A DNA stretch of 40,754 bases from an uncultured Ectothiorhodospiraceae bacterium (lineage in GTDB: Bacteria; Pseudomonadota; Gammaproteobacteria; SZUA-152), in assembly GCA_964614545.1 (NCBI GenBank), contig CAZTPE010000001.1, forward strand, positions 1-40,754. The letters are read 5' to 3'. Within the stretch, counting starts at the first letter, position 1. Every line of letters starts with the position of its first letter. Position numbers and translations under genes: made by a program. This document shows positions 18,374-26,974 of this stretch, one piece after another. The notes under the pieces were generated by a model that was given only the letters and a program-made list of their open reading frames with translations, ran no database searches and was not told the origin of the DNA.

Positions 18374-18408
18374 AAAAAAGGGGCATGTTTTCATGCCCCT
18401 TTTTTTGT
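18374..18408 (+). terminator. Rho-independent terminator after the second FadL-family gene
   Basis: aaaaaaggggcatg-tttt-catgcccctttttttg, 26 nt after the stop. Confidence 0.85.
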
Positions 18409-18454
18409 TGGGTAAAGATTAGAAGTGCCCATAAAAGTGGGGAGGTGATCAAGA

Positions 18455-19357
18455 ATGCGTACGTGCCAGAAAATATTGGTTTTGGTATTCGGTGCCTTGA
18501 GTCTGTTCGCGGGATTGGTCGAAGCGGAAGACAGATACCGGCCCTTTGTGCTTGCCTCAAAAACTGCAGGTGATATTGGAGTCATAACCGCCGAGGTTAA
18601 AAGCAAGCTTCAAACCGGTGGATTCGAGATCGCGGGTTCCTACTCGCCCTACGCCAATGCCTACATCATCGTAGTGACCAACGACACGCTGAAAAGGAAT
18701 GCAGTCAAGTCCGAACATGGCGGTTATGGCGCCGGGCAACGGGTCGCCATCACCGAAGTGGCCGACGAGGTTCAGGTGACCTACACCAACCCGGTCTACT
18801 GGGCCAACGCCTATCGCATGGCAAGTGATCTGTCCGACGTCGCCGCGCAGTTGGAGAAGGCCCTCGGCAAGGTGGAAGACTTCGGTTCGGAGAAGGGCTT
18901 GACGGCCAAGAAACTGCGCAAGTATCACTATATGTTCGGTATGGAATACTTCGACGAGCCCAGTGAGCTGGCCAAGTACGAAAACCACCAGGCCGCGCTG
19001 CAGGCCGTCGAAGCCGGTCTGTCTGCCGGCAAGGGTGGCGTGACCCGGGTGTACCGCATCGATGTGCCGGGCAAGGACGAGACCGTGTTCGGCGTGGCCA
19101 TCGACAATACCGTGGAGTGCAGCGGTGATGAGCACATCATGAACGAAATCGACTTCAAGCCCCTGCGCTCAACACTCCATCTGCCTTACGAGATGCTGGT
19201 TTCCGGTGATGAGGTCTATGCACTGTATGCCCGTTTTCGCATCGCCGTCAGCTTTCCCGATCTGAGCATGATGGGTTCGCACAGCTTCATGAGCATCATG
19301 TGCGCCCCCAAGGCGATCGAGTCTGCGCTGAAGGCAGCCGCTGGCAGTGAGGACTGA
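18455..19357 (+). CDS. Secreted protein of unknown function (300 aa)
   Basis: GGAGGTG RBS 7 nt upstream. Signal peptide MRTCQKILVLVFGALSLFAGLVEA. Sensible codon usage. The N-terminal half has a loose DUF302-like pattern (GFEIAGSYSP...IIVVTND...QRVAITEV..VQVTYTNPVYWANAY), which I cannot confirm. Has its own terminator. Confidence 0.6.
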   Translation: MRTCQKILVLVFGALSLFAGLVEAEDRYRPFVLASKTAGDIGVITAEVKSKLQTGGFEIAGSYSPYANAYIIVVTNDTLKRNAVKSEHGGYGAGQRVAITEVADEVQVTYTNPVYWANAYRMASDLSDVAAQLEKALGKVEDFGSEKGLTAKKLRKYHYMFGMEYFDEPSELAKYENHQAALQAVEAGLSAGKGGVTRVYRIDVPGKDETVFGVAIDNTVECSGDEHIMNEIDFKPLRSTLHLPYEMLVSGDEVYALYARFRIAVSFPDLSMMGSHSFMSIMCAPKAIESALKAAAGSED

Positions 19358-19411
19358 GATTTGAGGGCTCAGGACTGAGAGCGATAATTCATACTAGGTC
19401 ATATTGATACG

Positions 19412-19436
19412 AAACCCCGGGTAACCGGGGTTTTTT
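19412..19436 (+). terminator. Rho-independent terminator
   Basis: aaaccccgg-gtaa-ccggggtttttt, downstream of 18455-19357. Confidence 0.75.
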
Positions 19437-19553
19437 GTTGCTGTCGCCGGGCATTGCATTGTCGGTACAGGCTGGGAGCAGGGCGGATTTTATGTCAGAC
19501 TTGCTCGCTTCGTTTGCGGTGATAGGCCGCGCGGGAACGGTCGAGGGACGCTA

Positions 19554-20723
19554 ATGAATCTTCACGAATTTCAGGCCAAGCACCTGTTTGCGGAATATGG
19601 TCTGCAAGTGCCGGACGGTCAGATGGTCACCACCCTCGGCGAGGCCCGCGACGCGGCCCGCGCGTTGGGCGGTGAATGCTGGGTGGTCAAGGCGCAGGTG
19701 CATGCCGGTGGCCGCGGCAAGGGCGGCGGGGTCACGTTGGTCAGTAGTGAGGCGGAGCTGGAGACGGCCGTCAAGGCCATGCTGGGCATGAATCTGGTCA
19801 CCCACCAGACCGGCCCCAAGGGTCTGCCGGTGGACAAGCTGTTGATCGAGGCGACGTGCGATATCGCCCGCGAACTCTACCTCGGCGCGCTCATCGACCG
19901 CGCCCGCAACCGCGTAGTCTTCATGGCCTCCAGCGAGGGCGGCATGGACATCGAGGCGGTGGCCGCCAGCACGCCGGAGAAGATTCTCACCGTGACGGTC
20001 GATCCCGTCGCCGGCCTGCAGGGCTACCAGTGCCGCCAGCTGGCCTTCGGTCTTGGCCTTGAAGGCTCGCAGATTCGCGAGCTGACCAAGGCCATGCTCG
20101 GCCTCTATCGCTTGTTCACGGAAAAGGATCTCAGCCTGGTGGAGATCAATCCGCTGGTGGTCACTGGCGACGACCGACTGCTGGCCCTGGATGCCAAGGT
20201 CAACATCGACGACAACGCCCTGTTCCGGCAAAAGGCGCTGGAAGAATTGCGCGACCCGACGCAGGAAGATCCCACCGAGCACAAAGCACAACAGTTCGAC
20301 CTCAACTATGTCACCCTCGACGGCAATATCGGCTGCATGGTCAACGGCGCCGGTCTGGCCATGGCCACCATGGACATCATCAAGCTGCACGGCGGCGATC
20401 CGGCCAACTTCCTCGACGTGGGTGGTGGCACCACCGCCGAGCGCGTGGCCGAGGCCCTCAAGCTGATCGTCGCCGACCACAAGGTGGAGGCGATCCTGGT
20501 CAACATCTTCGGCGGCATCGTGCGCTGTGACCTCATCGCCGAGGGCATCGTCGCAGCGATCAAGGAAGTAGGTCTCGACATCCCCGTGGTGGTGCGCCTC
20601 GAAGGCACCAACGCCGAACAGGGCCGCGAAATCCTCGCCCACAGTGGGCTGGCGGTGACCCCCGCCGACGGCCTGGCTGACGCTGCCGCCAAGGTGGTGG
20701 CTGCCGCGGGAGAACAGGGCTGA
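19554..20723 (+). CDS. sucC: Succinyl-CoA synthetase beta subunit
   Basis: 389 aa, [20 protein letters not shown]..., ATP-grasp and ligase-CoA motifs. The stop overlaps the sucD ATG (TGATG). Confidence 0.95.
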   Translation: MNLHEFQAKHLFAEYGLQVPDGQMVTTLGEARDAARALGGECWVVKAQVHAGGRGKGGGVTLVSSEAELETAVKAMLGMNLVTHQTGPKGLPVDKLLIEATCDIARELYLGALIDRARNRVVFMASSEGGMDIEAVAASTPEKILTVTVDPVAGLQGYQCRQLAFGLGLEGSQIRELTKAMLGLYRLFTEKDLSLVEINPLVVTGDDRLLALDAKVNIDDNALFRQKALEELRDPTQEDPTEHKAQQFDLNYVTLDGNIGCMVNGAGLAMATMDIIKLHGGDPANFLDVGGGTTAERVAEALKLIVADHKVEAILVNIFGGIVRCDLIAEGIVAAIKEVGLDIPVVVRLEGTNAEQGREILAHSGLAVTPADGLADAAAKVVAAAGEQG

Positions 20724-21595
20724 TGGCCATTCTCGTCAATAAAGACACCCGCGTCATCGTGCAGGGCTTCACTGGCAAGCAGGGCACCTTCCATGCCGAA
20801 CAGGCCATCGCCTACGGCACCCGGCTGGTCGGCGGAGTCACCCCCGGCAAGGGCGGCCAGACTCACCTCGAGCGTCCTGTGTTCAACACCGTGCGCGACG
20901 CGGTGGACAAGACCGGCGCCGACGCCAGCCTGATCTTCGTCCCCGCCGCCTTCGCCGCCGACGCCATTCTCGAGGCCGAGGATGCCGGTATCGAGGTTAT
21001 CGTCTGCATCACCGAGGGCATCCCGGTGCAGGATATGGTGAAGGTAAAGGCGATACTCGCGCGCAGCGAATCGCGCCTCATCGGCCCTAACTGCCCCGGC
21101 ATCATCACCCCCGGCGCCTGCAAGATCGGTATTATGCCAGGCAGAATCCACCAGCCGGGCAGGATCGGCATTGTCTCCCGCTCCGGCACCCTGACCTACG
21201 AGGCGGTCTATCAGACCACGATAAACGGTCTGGGGCAGAGCACCTGCGTCGGCATCGGTGGTGACCCCATCCAGGGCATGAACTTCATCGACTGCCTGGC
21301 ACTGTTCGAGCAGGACCCGCAGACCCAGGGCATTATTTTGGTGGGCGAGATCGGTGGCACCGCCGAGGAAGAGGCGGCGGAGTACATCCAGTCCCAGGTC
21401 AGCAAGCCCGTGGTGGGTTATATCGCCGGTGTCACTGCACCGCCCGGCAAGCGCATGGGTCACGCCGGTGCCATCATCGCCGGTGGCAAGGGCACCGCCG
21501 CTGACAAGTTCGCCGCCTTGGAGGCGGTCGGCGTCACCGTGGCCCGTTCCCCGGCCGAGCTGGGGGCGCGCATGCTGGAGGCGCTGGGCGGCTGA
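20723..21595 (+). CDS. sucD: Succinyl-CoA synthetase alpha subunit
   Basis: 290 aa, [24 protein letters not shown]..., with the phosphohistidine loop GHAGAII. Confidence 0.95.
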   Translation: MAILVNKDTRVIVQGFTGKQGTFHAEQAIAYGTRLVGGVTPGKGGQTHLERPVFNTVRDAVDKTGADASLIFVPAAFAADAILEAEDAGIEVIVCITEGIPVQDMVKVKAILARSESRLIGPNCPGIITPGACKIGIMPGRIHQPGRIGIVSRSGTLTYEAVYQTTINGLGQSTCVGIGGDPIQGMNFIDCLALFEQDPQTQGIILVGEIGGTAEEEAAEYIQSQVSKPVVGYIAGVTAPPGKRMGHAGAIIAGGKGTAADKFAALEAVGVTVARSPAELGARMLEALGG

Positions 21596-21617
21596 TTTTT
21601 CTGTTTACCACAGTCAG

Positions 21618-21687
21618 GTAGGGTGGGCACTGCCCACCATTGTGTCCGCGTAAGACAAGTAATCCTGGTGGGCAATGCCCACCCTAC
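21618..21687. repeat. Inverted pair of GTAGGGTGGGCA(C/A)TGCCCACC hairpin units (REP/BIME-like)
   Basis: gtagggtgggcactgcccacc (21618-21638) and ggtgggcaatgcccaccctac (21667-21687) are reverse complements with one mismatch. Each is itself a palindrome. A related pair lies at 27206-27268. Confidence 0.7.
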
Positions 21688-21732
21688 GGGACCGTGGTGA
21701 ATCAAATCCGTATCGTTTCAGGTTCGTAATTC

Positions 21733-23364
21733 ATGTCCCGTTCCCTTCGCATCGTCATGGCCCAGATCGACCTGCTGGTGGGTGATATCGACGGCAATGC
21801 TGAAAAGGTCATTGCCACGGCTGAAAAGGCCCGCGATGAACTCCATGCGCAGGCCATTGTCTTTCCCGAGCTAACCTTAAGTGGTTATCCGCCGGAAGAC
21901 CTGCTGCTGCGCCCCGGCTTCAATCGCCGTATTGTCGCTGCGCTGGCCCACGTCGCCGAGCAGGTGCATGGCATCGACGTGATCCTCGGCTATCCGCGGC
22001 AGACGGAGGTTGGTCTCTACAATGCCGCCAGCCTGTTGCGTGATGGTGCGGTCGTCGCCACCTACGACAAGTTCGAGCTGCCCAATTACAGCGTGTTCGA
22101 TGAGAAGCGCTATTTTATCGCCGGCAACGAGCCCTGCGTGATGGAGATCGCCGGGGTGCCGGTAGGCATCACTATCTGCGAGGACATCTGGTATCCGCAG
22201 GCGGCGCACGCGGCGAAGGCGGCGGGGGCGCGCCTGCTGGTCAATCTCAACGCCTCACCGTTTCACCTCGGCAAGCGTGATGAGCGCATCGAGGCGCTGC
22301 ATGCACGCATCACCGAGACCGATCTGCCGGTGCTCTACGTCAATCTGGTGGGCGGGCAGGATGAGCTGGTGTTCGATGGCGCCTCACTGGTGATGAACGC
22401 CGATGGCAGCCTGGCGCAGCGTGCCCCGGCCTTCGAGGAGGGGCTGTATCCCGCCGATTTCACGGTCAATGATGATGGCCGCGTGAGCGTGGTACAGGGC
22501 ACGGTCAGTACCCCGAGTTGCCAGGAAGAGAGCGCCTACAAGGCCCTCGTCCTGGGGGTGCGTGATTACATCGAAAAGAACGGCTTTCCCGGTGCTATCA
22601 TCGGCCTCTCCGGCGGCATTGATTCGGCCCTCACCCTGGCGGTGGCGGTGGACGCCATCGGTGCCGAGCGCGTGGAGGCGGTGATGATGCCCTCGCGCTA
22701 CACCCTGGACATCAGCCTGACCGATGCCCATGCCGAGGCCGAGACGCTGGGCGTGGAGTATCACGTGCTGCCCATCGAGCCGGCTTTCAAGGCCTTTCTC
22801 GATATCCTCAAGGACGAGTTCGCCGGTACAAGCCCCGATACCACGGAGGAGAACATCCAGGCCCGCTGCCGTGCCGTGCTGCTAATGGCGATCTCTAACA
22901 AGAAGCACAAGGTGGTGTTGAGTACGGGCAACAAGAGCGAGATATCGGTGGGCTATTCCACCCTCTACGGCGACATGGCCGGTGGCTTCGATGTACTCAA
23001 GGACGTCCCCAAGACCCTGGTCTACCGGCTCAGTGAATACCGTAACCGTCTGTCGCCGGTGATCCCACGGCGCGTTATCGAACGCCCGCCGTCGGCGGAG
23101 CTGGCCCCGGATCAGAAGGACAGCGACAGTCTGCCGCCCTACGATGTGCTGGATGCGATTTTGGAAATGTATGTAGAGCAGGACCGTTGTGCGGAAGAAA
23201 TCGTCGCGGCGGGGTATGATACGGTCACCGTGGATCGGGTGATCCGGCTGGTGAACCGCAACGAATACAAGCGCCGTCAGGCGGCGCCAGGGGTGCGTGT
23301 CACCCGCCGCGCCTTTGGACGCGACCGGCGTTATCCCATAACCTCGGGTTATGATCGGCGCTGA
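21733..23364 (+). CDS. nadE: Glutamine-dependent NAD+ synthetase (nitrilase-like domain + synthetase domain)
   Basis: 543 aa. N-terminal CN-hydrolase domain (FPELTLSGYPPEDL, ICEDIWYP) and a C-terminal NAD synthetase domain with the P-loop GLSGGIDSA. Confidence 0.9.
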   Translation: MSRSLRIVMAQIDLLVGDIDGNAEKVIATAEKARDELHAQAIVFPELTLSGYPPEDLLLRPGFNRRIVAALAHVAEQVHGIDVILGYPRQTEVGLYNAASLLRDGAVVATYDKFELPNYSVFDEKRYFIAGNEPCVMEIAGVPVGITICEDIWYPQAAHAAKAAGARLLVNLNASPFHLGKRDERIEALHARITETDLPVLYVNLVGGQDELVFDGASLVMNADGSLAQRAPAFEEGLYPADFTVNDDGRVSVVQGTVSTPSCQEESAYKALVLGVRDYIEKNGFPGAIIGLSGGIDSALTLAVAVDAIGAERVEAVMMPSRYTLDISLTDAHAEAETLGVEYHVLPIEPAFKAFLDILKDEFAGTSPDTTEENIQARCRAVLLMAISNKKHKVVLSTGNKSEISVGYSTLYGDMAGGFDVLKDVPKTLVYRLSEYRNRLSPVIPRRVIERPPSAELAPDQKDSDSLPPYDVLDAILEMYVEQDRCAEEIVAAGYDTVTVDRVIRLVNRNEYKRRQAAPGVRVTRRAFGRDRRYPITSGYDRR

Positions 23365-23424
23365 CGCCGCACTTGGTGACGGTCTGGTGGGCTAAAGTCC
23401 CCTAGAGAACAACGACTGGAGTGA

Positions 23425-23766
<342 letters not shown>

Positions 23767-23882
23767 GTTTGTTTGGGCGTAACTATTCGCCCCAGAAAAC
23801 ACTAGAGAATGCATTGATGGTATGAACGTTGGGAAGAAAGACATGAGTGAGTGCGTCAGGATCCATGTCCCGCGAGGGTGTC

Positions 23883-23931
23883 GTGCGCACAGCGCACGCT
23901 ACGGGCAGGGTGTAGTGTGCGCCGTGCGCAC
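23883..23931. repeat. Inverted pair of GTGCGCAC-type hairpins
   Basis: gtgcgcacagcgcacgctac (23883-23902) and gtagtgtgcgccgtgcgcac (23912-23931) are near reverse complements. The two-hairpin architecture matches the 21618 family but uses a different stem sequence. Confidence 0.55.
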
Positions 23932-24119
23932 AAATGGCTGGGCACTTCCGGTGAATTTCATAACTCTGTAGCGAGCTGAATAGTCAGTGCGGCCGTTTGG
24001 GTAATCTGTCTGTAATCTCTAACTATAGTTTCTGAATCTCTTTGGGTCGTATTCCCCGCAGCTCGCCTACCAAAAGTAGGTTCTTTAAGAAAAGCGCCTA
24101 CTTTTGGTGCTGCGATTAT

Positions 24120-24226
24120 CGTCATTCCGGCCTGTTTTTAGCCGGAATCCGGTTTTCGCCGGAGCGACTCATCCAGAGTGCTTGAAATTCCGTACATTCT
24201 GGATTCCCGCCTTCGCGGGAATGACG
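24120..24226. repeat. MITE-like element with CGTCATTCC...GGAATGACG termini (copy 2)
   Basis: Left hairpin ATTCCGGCC-tgttttta-GCCGGAAT. Internal agtgcttgaaattccgtacattctgg shared with 9739-9764. Right hairpin ATTCCC-N8-GGGAAT (24203-24222). Confidence 0.7.
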
Positions 24227-24365
24227 ATATTCCAAGCTCCTCAAGACTCAGTCAGTACCCTTCAATACCCCGCTTTCGCAGGGCGAAAGTCGAGCGCAGC
24301 GAGATAGTTTGTTGCGGGGTTGTTTAGGCGCCCATTTTTTGTTTCTGAGATGTTTTAGTCGCCGG

Positions 24366-25154
24366 TTACAGGCCAAAATCGACAGCGGATCGGGTGGTAT
24401 CCAGCGCTGAGGGGAAGTTGAGTTCTTTTACCCGTCGTGCGTCTGCGGCCAGATCCTGTAGATCCAGCGCCTCGTAGGCGGTGATGAGAATATCCAGCGC
24501 GGCGGGAATAGTGGGTGAGCGGGGATAGGTTTCCAATACAAAGGTGACGCGTTTGGCGGCTGCCACATAGGCATGCCGCTTGAGATAGTACTGCGCCACG
24601 TGGATCTCGTGTTCGGCGAGGTGTTCGCGCAGTATTTTCATGTGGCGGATGGCGTCTTGCACATAGCGGCTGTCCGGGAAGCGCTGCACCAGCTGGTTGA
24701 AGTAGTTGAAAGATTGCCGTGCCGAGCTGGGGTCGAGCAGGCTGGGGTCGATGGTGACGGCAAAACCCAGCGGGTTGTCTTTCTTGCTGGCGCTGGCTAA
24801 ACCGCGCAGGTAATAGGCGTAATCCACGCTGGGGTGACGCGGATGCAGTTTGATGAAACGGTCTGCGGCGGCAATGGCGGAGTCCGGTTCTTCGAATTTG
24901 TAATAGGCGTAGGCGGTGTCCAGTTGCGCCTGCTCGGCGTATTTGCCGAAGGGATACTTGGCCTCTAGGGTTTCGAAGTGCTTGATGGCCGACTCGTAAT
25001 CGCCGGACTGAAGTGCGGCCTTGGCCTCGCTGTAGAGCAGTTCGGCAGACCACTTGCTGCTGTCATCCAGCGTGGAGGCACAGCCGCCGAGAAATAGCGC
25101 GGTCAGCAGCAGGGCGGGCAGCAGGCGGAGCGGTGTGTAGGTGGAGGTATTCAG
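24366..25154 (-). CDS. bamD: Outer-membrane protein assembly lipoprotein BamD (YfiO); the start codon appears non-canonical
   Basis: The track gives only 24366-24827 (GTG). My translation shows the same frame open up to the TAA at 25196-25194. It encodes LRLLPALLLTALFLGGCAS (lipobox, Cys at 25082-25080) and BamD-like helices (AELLYSEAKAALQSGDYESAIKHFETLEAKYPFGKYAEQAQLDTAYAYYKF). There is no in-frame ATG/GTG/TTG upstream of 24827, so I place the start at the CTG at 25154-25152. Divergent from rluD, as in E. coli. Confidence 0.7.
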   Translation of the reverse strand: MNTSTYTPLRLLPALLLTALFLGGCASTLDDSSKWSAELLYSEAKAALQSGDYESAIKHFETLEAKYPFGKYAEQAQLDTAYAYYKFEEPDSAIAAADRFIKLHPRHPSVDYAYYLRGLASASKKDNPLGFAVTIDPSLLDPSSARQSFNYFNQLVQRFPDSRYVQDAIRHMKILREHLAEHEIHVAQYYLKRHAYVAAAKRVTFVLETYPRSPTIPAALDILITAYEALDLQDLAADARRVKELNFPSALDTTRSAVDFGL

Positions 25155-25253
25155 GGCCGTGGTCTCGGAAAGGGGTAATTGCCGTAAAGCGGGTTATTAT
25201 AGCGGTCCGGCGAGATAGAGAACACCGCCGTCATGTTCAGTTAGAGACAATCC

Positions 25254-26210
25254 ATGACCGAGTCCCACAGATTGACCGAAATCATCCCCGAGAAGCTGGC
25301 TGGCCTGCGCCTGGATCAGGCCCTGGCAGCACTGTTCCCCAATTATTCCCGCGCCCGTCTGACGCGCTGGATCAAGGATGGTCACGTGCAGGTGGATGGC
25401 AAGCGCCTGCGTCCCCGTGACGCTGTGCACGGCGGCGAGGAGGTGGTGCTGGAGGCGGAGCAGGAGGTCGAGACCACCTGGCGCGCGCAGGATATTCCGC
25501 TGGATATCGTCTTTGAAGACGAGGCCGTACTGGTCATCAACAAACCCGCCGGGCTGGTGGTGCACCCCGGCGCCGGCAACATGGACGGCACTCTGAGTAA
25601 TGCTCTGCTGCACTACGACCCGGCGCTGGAACAGGTGCCGCGTGCCGGTGTGGTGCACCGTCTCGACAAGGACACCAGCGGCCTGCTGGTGGTGGCACGT
25701 ACCTTGATGGCACGGAAATCGCTGGTGGAACAGCTGCAGGCGCGCGACTTCGAGCGCGAATACCTGGCCCTCGCCATGGGTCTGATGACCGCCGGCGGCA
25801 CCGTGGAGGCGCCCATCGGTCGGCACCCCACTCACCGTCTGCGCCAGGCTGTAGTGCCCGGTGGCCGCGAGGCCATCACCCATTACCGGGTCGAGGGGCG
25901 TTTTCGCGCCCATACCCTGCTGCGCGTGAAGCTGGAGACCGGCCGCACCCACCAGATTCGTGTGCACATGGCCTATCTGAAATATCCATTGGTGGGCGAC
26001 CCGGTCTACGGCGGCCGTCTGCGCATCCCCGCCGGTGCCACGCCGGGGCTGGATGCTGCCCTGCGGGTTTTCAAGCGTCAGGCCCTGCATGCCGAGCGGT
26101 TGGGCTTCGAACATCCCATCAGCGGCGAGCCCGTGAGCTGGCAGGTTCCGTTACCGGTCGACATGGCGGCGTTGGTGGATGCCTGCCGTGAAGACTGCAA
26201 AGCGGTTTGA
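25254..26210 (+). CDS. rluD: 23S rRNA pseudouridine synthase RluD
   Basis: 318 aa. S4 domain ([25 protein letters not shown]) and catalytic [14 protein letters not shown]. Confidence 0.9.
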   Translation: MTESHRLTEIIPEKLAGLRLDQALAALFPNYSRARLTRWIKDGHVQVDGKRLRPRDAVHGGEEVVLEAEQEVETTWRAQDIPLDIVFEDEAVLVINKPAGLVVHPGAGNMDGTLSNALLHYDPALEQVPRAGVVHRLDKDTSGLLVVARTLMARKSLVEQLQARDFEREYLALAMGLMTAGGTVEAPIGRHPTHRLRQAVVPGGREAITHYRVEGRFRAHTLLRVKLETGRTHQIRVHMAYLKYPLVGDPVYGGRLRIPAGATPGLDAALRVFKRQALHAERLGFEHPISGEPVSWQVPLPVDMAALVDACREDCKAV

Positions 26211-26214
26211 CACC

Positions 26215-26952
26215 ATGCTCGGACTGATTCCCGTGGACTGGCCGGCGCCGAAAAATGTACAGGCGGCCACCACGTCGCGCATCGGCGGTGTCAGTCGTGC
26301 ACCCTTCGACAGCTTCAATCTGGCCGATCACGTCGGCGATCATCCGGCGGCGGTGCAGGTCAACCGCGAACTGCTGCTGGAAGAACTGGCCCTGCCGGCG
26401 GAACCACTATGGCTGAAACAGGTGCACGGTACCCGCGTCGTTATGCTCGACGGCCCGCAGGTGGAGTCACCCGAGGCCGATGCCAGCGTCAGTGCCGGCC
26501 CCAACCGTGTGTGCGCCGTGCTGACCGCCGACTGCCTGCCGGTGCTGTTTTGCGACCGCGCCGGTACGCGTGTTGCCGCCGCCCACGCCGGTTGGCGGGG
26601 ACTGGCAGCCGGCGTGCTGGAGGCAACGGTGGCGCGGATGGCCGTGGCCCCGGACGAGATCATGGTCTGGCTCGGTCCTGCCATCGGCCCGCAGGTCTTT
26701 GAGGTGGGCAAGGATGTGTACGCAGCCTTTGTCGATGACGATGCCGACAGCGCAACCGCCTTCGAAACAACCGGTGACGACCGCTGGCTGGCCGACATCT
26801 ACCGGCTCGCCCGCCAGAGACTGGCGCGCGTTGGCGTGACCGCCGTGTACGGCGGCGACCGCTGCACCGTCAGCGAGGCCGGCATGTTTTATTCCTATCG
26901 CCGCGATGGCAACACCGGGCGTATGGCCAATTTGGTGTGGCTGGCATCGTGA
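26215..26952 (+). CDS. pgeF: YfiH/PgeF family protein (peptidoglycan editing factor / purine nucleoside phosphorylase, LACC1 family)
   Basis: ADCLPVLF and AHAGWRG motifs. Follows rluD as in E. coli rluD-yfiH. I prefer the ATG at 26215 (MLGLIPVDWPAP), 5 nt after the rluD stop, over the overlapping start at 26179. Confidence 0.85.
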   Translation: MLGLIPVDWPAPKNVQAATTSRIGGVSRAPFDSFNLADHVGDHPAAVQVNRELLLEELALPAEPLWLKQVHGTRVVMLDGPQVESPEADASVSAGPNRVCAVLTADCLPVLFCDRAGTRVAAAHAGWRGLAAGVLEATVARMAVAPDEIMVWLGPAIGPQVFEVGKDVYAAFVDDDADSATAFETTGDDRWLADIYRLARQRLARVGVTAVYGGDRCTVSEAGMFYSYRRDGNTGRMANLVWLAS

Positions 26953-26974
26953 GACGGTGGCGGGTGATTGCTTG

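Noticed and set aside
19551-21463. Long antisense ORFs (363 aa and 385 aa) opposite sucC and sucD. Similar ones occur elsewhere: 7973-9097 opposite soxB, 25197-26114 opposite rluD, 28258-29250 opposite the ACT/def genes, 33847-34974 opposite the MCP, 35891-36592 opposite surE, 38380-39387 opposite nlpD/rpoS.
   Set aside because: Each overlaps a gene with an unmistakable conserved product on the other strand. Their translations are low-complexity (Arg/Gly/Ala/His-rich), and long stop-free antisense frames are expected in GC3-biased genes.
23767-24365. 600-bp gene-free interval after glnB, and the other long spacers (9413-9987, 13931-14258), scanned for tRNA, 6S RNA, tmRNA or riboswitch-like structures.
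   Set aside because: I could not recognise a cloverleaf, conserved riboswitch core or other known RNA signature by eye. The content is largely explained by REP/MITE units. A covariance-model scan (Rfam/Infernal, tRNAscan-SE) would be needed to exclude small RNAs.
24355-25053. 232-aa Arg-rich ORF overlapping bamD in another frame.
   Set aside because: The composition (R/P/Q/G-rich, no hydrophobic core) is typical of an off-frame artefact. The neighbouring frame gives a coherent BamD sequence.
25151-25234. 27-codon upstream ORF (MTAVFSISPDRYNNPLYGNYPFPRPRP). Its TGA overlaps the proposed bamD CTG (CTGA), suggesting termination-reinitiation coupling or a frameshifted true N-terminus.
   Set aside because: The peptide has no signal-peptide character. 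Its ATG lies only about 20 nt from the divergent rluD start, so a promoter would have to sit inside rluD. There is no supporting RBS. I kept it only as a note under the bamD finding.
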